Positions 8,695 through 14,483 of a stretch of 14,483 nt of DNA are shown here, piece after piece. The stretch is taken from positions 1-14,483 of the forward strand of contig CAZPUN010000015.1 in the NCBI GenBank assembly GCA_964589775.1. The letters run 5' to 3'. Made by a program: the position numbers and the translations under genes. The first letter of the stretch is position 1, and every line of letters starts with the position of its first letter. The stretch comes from an uncultured archaeon. GTDB lineage: Archaea > Asgardarchaeota > Thorarchaeia > Thorarchaeales > CAZPUN01. The notes below the pieces were generated by a model. It saw only the letters and a list, made by a program, of their open reading frames with translations, searched no databases and was not told the origin of the DNA.

Positions 8695-8851
8695 TGGAAT
8701 AGGGGCCGAGACTACGAGACGCCCTCACGGGTGTCCCTTCGTGGACCTTGCTTACGCATAGTATTGTTAAGGGCTCAAATCCTTAACCTGTCCCCGCGTG
8801 GGAATTAACTTCCCGCCGGATTATTTACTACTTAGGTTCGCCCCTATTCCA
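8695..8851. ncRNA. Unidentified structured RNA candidate, 157 nt, closed by a 12-bp terminal stem
   Basis: GC-rich island in AT-rich intergenic DNA; tggaataggggc (8695-8706) is the exact reverse complement of gcccctattcca (8840-8851); several internal stems. Strand unresolved; promoter and U-tract placement favour minus. Confidence 0.65.
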
Positions 8852-8872
8852 ATATAATTAATTAAAAACAAC

Positions 8873-8880
8873 TATAAAAA
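8873..8880 (-). promoter_or_regulatory. Putative TATA box for the 157-nt structured element
   Basis: Minus-strand TTTTTATA; TTTATA lies at -28..-23 relative to the first G of the terminal stem (8850), the usual archaeal spacing. The AT-rich background lowers specificity. Confidence 0.45.
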
Positions 8881-9030
8881 TATATTGATAAATCTATAAA
8901 ATTGTAATTTCAAATTATAATAAAAGTCGGTTTTAGCATCTACAAAATAGATTTGACAACAATTTTTTTAGATATTTTAGAAAAATCAAAAACATAACCA
9001 TAAAATTTTATTGAATAACAACGACGTCAC

Positions 9031-9043
9031 ACAAAGTTTATAT
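9031..9043 (+). promoter_or_regulatory. Putative BRE-TATA (acaaagTTTATAT)
   Basis: Purine-rich run followed by TTTATAT at 9037-9043; would start a transcript near 9066 covering the 9082-9161 hairpins and ending at the T-tract near 9164-9169. Confidence 0.4.
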
Positions 9044-9081
9044 TTGGGTTTCACGCAAAAAAATAGTGAAAAAAATAAAAA

Positions 9082-9161
9082 ATGGGTGTTGGTAGTAGGT
9101 ATTACCAGCCACCATCGCCAGCGGGTGGAAAGATAGGATCCATCCTTCAATTTCACCTCCG
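9082..9161 (+). ncRNA. Two-hairpin GC-rich element, candidate small/antisense RNA
   Basis: gttggtagt (9088-9096) pairs with attaccagc (9101-9109) using two G-U pairs, extended by atgg/ccat; ggtggaa (9124-9130) pairs with tttcacc (9151-9157) using one G-U. The wobbles work only on the plus strand. Confidence 0.4.
9102..9143 (-). CDS. Candidate 13-aa peptide MDPIFPPAGDGGW
   Basis: Perfect GGAGGTGA (plus-strand tcacctcc, 9153-9160) 9 nt before ATG; TAA at 9102-9104; followed by three T6-T7 tracts on the minus strand. Confidence 0.35.
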   Translation of the reverse strand: MDPIFPPAGDGGW

Positions 9162-9433
9162 TATTTTTTATTCATGTAAATATATGCAGGGCATGAGAAA
9201 TTTGTTTAACGTAATTTTTGATTTTTTGAATGTTTTTTCAATCTCAAAGATGAAAATAAAGAAAAATATAGTACTTTCAAAATAAATGATAAAAATTATA
9301 GAAATCATGAATTATCGATACAAAAAATTTCGGGCAACAGGTATGGAAAAAAATTTAATTCTTGATGAAGAAAATTAATTTTATTAAATCATAAGGAAAT
9401 AAAACAATAATGTGCGATATGTAGGAGAATTCT

Positions 9434-10519
9434 ATGATCGGGTGTTTGGAAATCCTCGTGATGATTATTGGGTTAAGGTTCAGAGAATGGATAATTGAGA
9501 ATAGTAATGGAGTTCCACGAACTATGGTGCTAATGGCACACAAACTTGCTAATATGGGTTTCGACTATGTAAGGCAAGTGGGTCTTCATGCTGCGATTCG
9601 TGAGTTAGATGCTCAAATGGTACAAAGTATCGATATATCTATTATTAATGACTTGCTTAGTTTGAAGAATGGCAGGGAGATGCTCGAATGGATAGTATGG
9701 CGTTCATTAATTGAGAAGGAAATCCCGATTCTAGGCATACGTAGGATACAATTAGATGAAGCGGAACGGGAAAATATTTGCACGATTGATGATCTAATAG
9801 ATAAGGGTGTAGTACATCTATTGAATGGAAGCGTTGAAATTCGGACTAATTATTACTTGTTATCTTTAAAGAATGCATTAGGTTTAGACCATATTATGCT
9901 GAAAGACTTGCTGGATATATCCGGTCTAACACGAGATGAGGCATTAGCCTTGAGTAGTTGGCAGGTGAATGTGATCGGTGCTTACTTTGAGATGGCGGTT
10001 GCTCTCGCACTATTTCGCTTATCTCAACAAGGTATCTTTAACCTTGATAGACTGTTTAGCAATTCAAATGAGACAAAAGTAGTTGTTCCGAAATTCGAAA
10101 GGATTGAGAAACTGCCCTTTTATAGTAGTGAGTTAATCAAACCTAATGTGATATATGCAATGCCGAGAGTTAAAGGCGTGGATATCACGTTTAAGGATGT
10201 AGAAGGAAACATGGTTCTCATAGAATGCAAGAACTGGGAGCGAGCCATCTCAAGTCTAGAACTTTCAATAATCCACAGGAATATATTGCAATTCGAGAAA
10301 GAAATTGGCAGATCCGGAATTCACATTCTGGTGACTACATCGCAATTATCCGAAGAGTTGCTAAATCAGGCAAATGAACAAAAGCTATTTGTAATAAACG
10401 AAATGGACCGATTAGTCGGACGAGATATCATGGACTTCTTCGAGCAAGCTCTCCAACGTGCACGAAAAGTTGAACCCCTTATGGTCCGCACTGCCGTGGG
10501 TGGATTCCAAAGTATATAG
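9434..10519 (+). CDS. Protein with C-terminal PD-(D/E)XK (restriction endonuclease/Mrr-like) domain; N-terminus resembles the post-P-loop part of a STAND/AAA+ ATPase
   Basis: GAYFEMAV...GVDITFKD...VLIECKNW gives the E...D...ExK pattern; SNGVPR resembles the GxP(R) motif; AGGAG 7 nt before ATG; no Walker A in the ORF. Confidence 0.75.
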   Translation: MIGCLEILVMIIGLRFREWIIENSNGVPRTMVLMAHKLANMGFDYVRQVGLHAAIRELDAQMVQSIDISIINDLLSLKNGREMLEWIVWRSLIEKEIPILGIRRIQLDEAERENICTIDDLIDKGVVHLLNGSVEIRTNYYLLSLKNALGLDHIMLKDLLDISGLTRDEALALSSWQVNVIGAYFEMAVALALFRLSQQGIFNLDRLFSNSNETKVVVPKFERIEKLPFYSSELIKPNVIYAMPRVKGVDITFKDVEGNMVLIECKNWERAISSLELSIIHRNILQFEKEIGRSGIHILVTTSQLSEELLNQANEQKLFVINEMDRLVGRDIMDFFEQALQRARKVEPLMVRTAVGGFQSI

Positions 10520-10611
10520 ACCTACATGAGTTATTCAATGTGTTTGTTATCGGATTAACATAATCAAGCTCGGCAAATTCCAAAGTATATCAACCAATAT
10601 GAGTTATTCAA
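10504..10611. repeat. Two 35-bp direct repeats separated by 38 bp
   Basis: attccaaagtatatagacctacatgagttattcaa (10504-10538) and attccaaagtatatcaaccaatatgagttattcaa (10577-10611), 31/35 identical; the first copy overlaps the stop codon of the nuclease gene. Confidence 0.85.
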
Positions 10612-10707
10612 CATAATTCCGAAATTAAAATACGAGGTTTTTGCAAATTTGCTGTTTAAAACAATTCTTTGTATATAATATTGATTATATCATACACAGT
10701 GATCTTT

Positions 10708-10900
10708 TTCTGACATACTCCCCATATTAAGATGTGAGGATTCTGCGTATAGTCTATCTTGTCATAACAATTTCGAGCATACACTCACCGTGTTCATGTG
10801 AGGAAACGTTTGTTACCGCCGCGATTTTCTTTGAGGAACTTAGAAATCAATGAATTTCAAGTCTGGATCCATTCTAAATCATCAAATTACTTGATTTATG
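10708..10900 (-). mobile_element. Decayed IS200/IS605-family (tnpB 3' end plus right end) remnant, copy B
   Basis: Minus strand reads ...tagaatggatccagacttgaa...cctcacatgaacacggtgagtgtatgc...acaagatagactatacgcagaatcctcacatcttaatatggggagtatgtcagaa: GAAT, then hairpin, then AGTATGTCA, the usual right-end layout. Homologous to copy A. Confidence 0.7.
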
Positions 10901-11068
10901 CCGTATGCCTATACATTTTAAAAATATTTGACGATTCATTATTGTTTTAAAAAGGATGTGTATAATTAGGGGTGAAAAATGAGAATAGAGAATAAAAATC
11001 AATGAAGTTGTTAAAAATCGTCTTTAGATTAAACAATCGTTTGTACTCTCGTTTTATGAAAGACATGG

Positions 11069-11109
11069 GCAGAAAGCCCACGAACTTCAGTCGTGGAAGT
11101 ATGTCAGAA
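11069..11109 (+). mobile_element. IS200/IS605-type terminal hairpin, copy C
   Basis: gcagaaagcccacgaacttcagtcgtggaagtatgtcagaa: ccacga/tcgtgg stem, and the last 12 nt are the exact reverse complement of 10708-10719. Confidence 0.7.
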
Positions 11110-11267
11110 TGGAAGATATTACATTTTTTCATAAAATAGTGTGACTATTTTTTAAACTGTTGGAAAAAATTAGGAGATAATTAAAAAACCTTAAATTGAT
11201 GTAATATGAAATTATTTAATTGATTGCGAAATTTTAGAATTGTATGTTTGTAACAAGGTGTAATTAA

Positions 11268-12476
11268 ATGTTATATGCAGTTTGGGTAATAGACAAAGGC
11301 GGACTGCCAATTATTTCGCGTGAATATGCTAATTTTGGAATAGACTCAAGCTTGGTTTCAGGTTTTGTTGAAGCCCTCTATACGTTTGCCCTCGAACTTG
11401 GTGCAAAAGGGGTACGCGAGATAGATGCGTTATCTTTTAAATTGATTATTGAACGAAATATTGATGGTTCTTTGATCGTAATTGCTGCTGATAAGGATGA
11501 CAAAGCATCATATTATGAGGATTTTATGACAGCCATTCGAAATGAAATTCTAGATGTTTATGAAGATCTCGGAGAGAATCCTGCAGCTAAAAAGATAGTT
11601 GATTCTGTTTTTGATAGATTAATTCAGCGATATATTGTTAAGAAAAGTCCGTGGCAAGCGAAACAAGCTAAAATTATATCGAATCCGAATGTTGTTAAGC
11701 TAATCAAAATGATGATAAATGGTGAAATAAAAAAAATTACGCCTACAACATCGAAAAACACTCCCGGGTTCAATTATTCAGTTGCAGAACTCGTACTTCA
11801 TCAAGATGTGGAAGAAACTGTAAAGACCTTGGAAAAATTAGTAGATTATAGCATTTTACGAAAGAAACCCGTCATGAGCATTTTAACATGCCAGAATCGT
11901 AATGAGCCGGTCATCGTTAAACTTGTATGTCCAAAGTGCAATAAGAGTTCGCTTAGGCAAATTACAATCCTTGAACATTTTGATTGTGGTTTCATAGGAG
12001 AACTTCTGGATCCGCCTTTTGCCCGTGTAAAGCATTGCCCTAATTGTGGAGTGATTTTAAATAGAGAAGGCATAGATTATATACAACGTCGTGGATATAT
12101 TTGCGAAAATTGCGGAAGCACAATTGAAACACCAATCATAAGCTATTACTGTAGGAATCGGAATAAAACAATTAAGCCTGATGAGGCAACTGTCACTCAG
12201 ATATACGAGTATGAATTGAATGAACAATCTGTAAAAGAAACTAAATCGCTTCTGGCTTCAATTGAACTTGAAGAAGAAATTGCAAAGGCGAAGAAATATA
12301 AGAAAAAGACAAGCAAGAAATCTAGCATCCAAAAGGAAATCTTGGATCTTGAAAATCAAATTAAAATGATTGATGAGGATTTCAGGCTTGGTAAGATTTC
12401 CGCATCAGAAAGAGATAGACGATATATTGCAATTAGACGAAAAATTCGTATGCTTAGAAATGTATCTTCTGAATAA
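11268..12476 (+). CDS. Longin/roadblock-like N-terminal domain fused to a Cys-rich TackOD1-like domain and a C-terminal charged helical tail
   Basis: N-terminus MLYAVWVIDKGGLPIISREY...DSSLVSGFVEALYTFALE...VREID resembles Asgard longin-like domains; then a wHTH-like segment (LEKLVDYSILRKK) and CPKC, EHFDCG, CPNC, CENC motifs as in Thaumarchaeal output domain 1. GGTG RBS upstream, T-rich tract downstream. Confidence 0.75.
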   Translation: MLYAVWVIDKGGLPIISREYANFGIDSSLVSGFVEALYTFALELGAKGVREIDALSFKLIIERNIDGSLIVIAADKDDKASYYEDFMTAIRNEILDVYEDLGENPAAKKIVDSVFDRLIQRYIVKKSPWQAKQAKIISNPNVVKLIKMMINGEIKKITPTTSKNTPGFNYSVAELVLHQDVEETVKTLEKLVDYSILRKKPVMSILTCQNRNEPVIVKLVCPKCNKSSLRQITILEHFDCGFIGELLDPPFARVKHCPNCGVILNREGIDYIQRRGYICENCGSTIETPIISYYCRNRNKTIKPDEATVTQIYEYELNEQSVKETKSLLASIELEEEIAKAKKYKKKTSKKSSIQKEILDLENQIKMIDEDFRLGKISASERDRRYIAIRRKIRMLRNVSSE

Positions 12477-12555
12477 TTTTCTTTTATTTATTTTTTTGCT
12501 TATTGAAAAACATTTAATTTATAAGATTATATGCTTTTTCTGTTAATTCATAAGT

Positions 12556-12568
12556 AAAAACTTTATAT
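12556..12568 (+). promoter_or_regulatory. Putative BRE-TATA upstream of the surface protein gene
   Basis: aaaaacTTTATAT about 75 nt before the ATG; RBS GAGGTGA 8 nt before ATG 12643. Confidence 0.4.
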
Positions 12569-12642
12569 TTATGATAAAATATTATTAAATATTAGAAAAA
12601 ATAAAATTTTTAAATTAAGATATTCATGAGGTGAATTTAAAA

Positions 12643-14483
12643 ATGAAAAAAGCAATATTGCTGTTTCTCGTGCTCATAATGTTCATGAGTTCAATGGGAC
12701 AACCTCTGAATATCCATGAAGCACAAAAAAACTCGAACCCAATAACACATGTAGGAATTCCAAATCTCGTGTCCGATACAAATAGCTTTGGCGATCGAGA
12801 TGACGAATGGTGGAATGGAACCTACATGTGGCGAATACCGATTTATTTTAATGCAAGTGGATATTTTCGTGTGGATTATACCGCTAATATGGTGATTAAT
12901 TTTACAGAGAAAATGCAAGAGGTTGAACCTGGAAATTCTTGGACATTTGAAGATGGTTCTATCCGGCTGATTGAATATGATTCATCAGGAAACATAATCG
13001 GAGAAATCCCATACCAATTTGAAAAGGCAAATGATTGGGACCCAACTCACAATGCCGTCGGAACTCTTTATTGGACAGTTGATGGATATCTTGCACCTAA
13101 TGATGCTCGATACTACTACGTTTATTTCTCAGTGAATGATATATATAATCACACTGCTCCTTCATATGCAGATGATTTCATTCCTCTGACAAACTATGGT
13201 ATCGGTGCAGCGACTACATTCTATGGATATATATTTCCAACAGGTACGCCTAGAAATGTGTATGTTGTTGGTATAAATGATACAACAAATGTAAAATTCT
13301 ATGTGTGGAATTCTACAACGGAAAAATATGATTTAAGAAATGATACAAATATTAATCGAATGGATGTCGTAATATTTAGTAATTTAGATCAAAGTATCTA
13401 TTACAAAGTAGTAGCAGACAAACAAGTAGTTGTGGCACAATATAATGGTCCATATAGTACAGCATATGGTACGTTCTTCTATCCAGCTGTAAATGGTAAA
13501 ATGTCTGGAAAGGAATTTATATTTTACACATTTGATGATTATTCGCCCTACACTGTTTATTTCAGTAAAAATGCTGCCCATGTAACCGTATATGATTCAA
13601 ATAATGCCATTCTGGATAGTTTTGATATTTCAGCGGGACATTATGTAGCAAAAAACTATCCATTAGGTTATGTTTATCGCGTAGTATCTAATACAAGTAT
13701 TGTTATTCATAAGTCTGGAGGAAATGCATATACACAAGTCCCTGCTATTGATGGTGCAGCTGCTGGAAAAGAATTTTGCTTAACTCTGTCAAACTGGGCC
13801 CATTACGCTATGTATGTAATCGTTGCATTAGAAAATGCAAATGTAACTGTATATGACCTCCAAAATAATGATGCTGTTTTTGCAACACATCAGATCTCTG
13901 CCGGCAGTTACGTAATTAAAGCACCAGATGCAAATGAAATATTAAGAATTGTCTCAAATGCGACAATAATGGTATACGGAACATGTGGTGAAGGCGGAAC
14001 AACTATTAACAGACTGGGAGATGATTTTACAAATCTACTTGGTATACGTGCAAAAGAATTTTGGGCAACCCTTACAACGGACACATATAGTGATGTTGTT
14101 GTCTTTGCATATTACAATGATACAGTTGTTTCTTACAATGGAAATAATAAAAAATTAGATGCAGGTCAATTCTGGAATATCAAATTAGTTGATGATATTG
14201 GAAAAATTACTGCGGATAAACCAATTAGCATCCTTGAAAAAGGCAAAGATGGTGCATACAACGATATGGTTGCTTATATTGCAGGTATGACTCCTGAACC
14301 AAACATCACAGCTGCTACAGCACAAGAATATTACAGAATTCAAGTCCATGTGACAGACGCTGATGGAAATGCATTCCAGGGTGCAAATGTTACTCTATAT
14401 AAATCCGGTCAAAAGATTCGGTCGTTAATTACTGATGAGAACGGAAATTGTACTTTCTACAATATTAATCAGGATACGTATAC
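12643..14483 (+). CDS. Large secreted/cell-surface glycoprotein, 3' end outside the window
   Basis: Hand translation: signal peptide MKKAILLFLVLIMFMSSMG; EWWNGTYMWRIPI...YYYVYFS (DUF2341-like); repeated beta-rich units with (G/A)KEF and ADK(Q/P)/VSN motifs (IgGFc-binding N-terminal-like); VHVTDADGNAFQGANVTL...TDENG (carboxypeptidase-regulatory/Cna-B-like); many N-x-S/T sequons. Open to the window end, so missing from the ORF track. Confidence 0.9.
   Translation, partial: MKKAILLFLVLIMFMSSMGQPLNIHEAQKNSNPITHVGIPNLVSDTNSFGDRDDEWWNGTYMWRIPIYFNASGYFRVDYTANMVINFTEKMQEVEPGNSWTFEDGSIRLIEYDSSGNIIGEIPYQFEKANDWDPTHNAVGTLYWTVDGYLAPNDARYYYVYFSVNDIYNHTAPSYADDFIPLTNYGIGAATTFYGYIFPTGTPRNVYVVGINDTTNVKFYVWNSTTEKYDLRNDTNINRMDVVIFSNLDQSIYYKVVADKQVVVAQYNGPYSTAYGTFFYPAVNGKMSGKEFIFYTFDDYSPYTVYFSKNAAHVTVYDSNNAILDSFDISAGHYVAKNYPLGYVYRVVSNTSIVIHKSGGNAYTQVPAIDGAAAGKEFCLTLSNWAHYAMYVIVALENANVTVYDLQNNDAVFATHQISAGSYVIKAPDANEILRIVSNATIMVYGTCGEGGTTINRLGDDFTNLLGIRAKEFWATLTTDTYSDVVVFAYYNDTVVSYNGNNKKLDAGQFWNIKLVDDIGKITADKPISILEKGKDGAYNDMVAYIAGMTPEPNITAATAQEYYRIQVHVTDADGNAFQGANVTLYKSGQKIRSLITDENGNCTFYNINQDTY

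Noticed and set aside
8695-8851. Assignment of the structured element as tRNA/tmRNA, TPP or cobalamin riboswitch, group I intron or retron msr-msd
   Set aside because: Only isolated words match (GGGGCCGA/GGTTCG, AACCTG...GCGTGGGAA, CTGTCCCCGC, GAGACTA). There is no complete T-arm, no CUGAGA, no full B12 box, no S element and no reverse transcriptase in the window.
8531-9543. ORFs 8531-8728, 9082-9285 and 9355-9543
   Set aside because: Low-complexity AT-rich translations with no RBS, overlapping structured elements or the nuclease gene start.
10504-10611. Calling the direct repeat a CRISPR array
   Set aside because: Only two imperfect copies, no cas genes or leader evidence; kept as a repeat and a low-score finding.
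10947-13581. Minus-strand ORFs 10947-11132, 11846-12073, 12691-12918 and 13384-13581
   Set aside because: The first spans an IS hairpin in AT-rich DNA; the others are antisense to well-supported long genes.

Overview
AT-rich archaeal DNA, probably from an Asgard-type lineage (GGAGGTGA/GGTGA ribosome-binding sites, TTTATA-type boxes, a longin/roadblock-like domain fused to a Cys-rich TackOD1-like domain). The left 6 kb holds a candidate protein-modification system. It has an intact RRE-radical SAM-SPASM enzyme (4786-6111), a small Zn-ribbon membrane protein, and a DUF2207-like membrane protein ending in SCACACA-SCACACA-GGGR. Coupled to that gene by a TAATG overlap is a second radical SAM paralog (1-1177, missing from the ORF track) in which all three CxxxCxxC cysteines are replaced. 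The centre has a cyclophilin, an orphan 497-aa ORF, and an AT-rich gap with two GC-rich structured islands: a 157-nt element closed by a 12-bp stem, and an ~80-nt element overlapping a 13-codon ORF with a perfect RBS. Then come a PD-(D/E)XK nuclease-domain protein and a 35-bp direct repeat. Three decayed IS200/IS605 (tnpB-type) right-end copies are scattered through the window. The right end encodes the longin-TackOD1-like protein and the start of a large surface glycoprotein. All family assignments come from reading motifs by eye; no database search was run.
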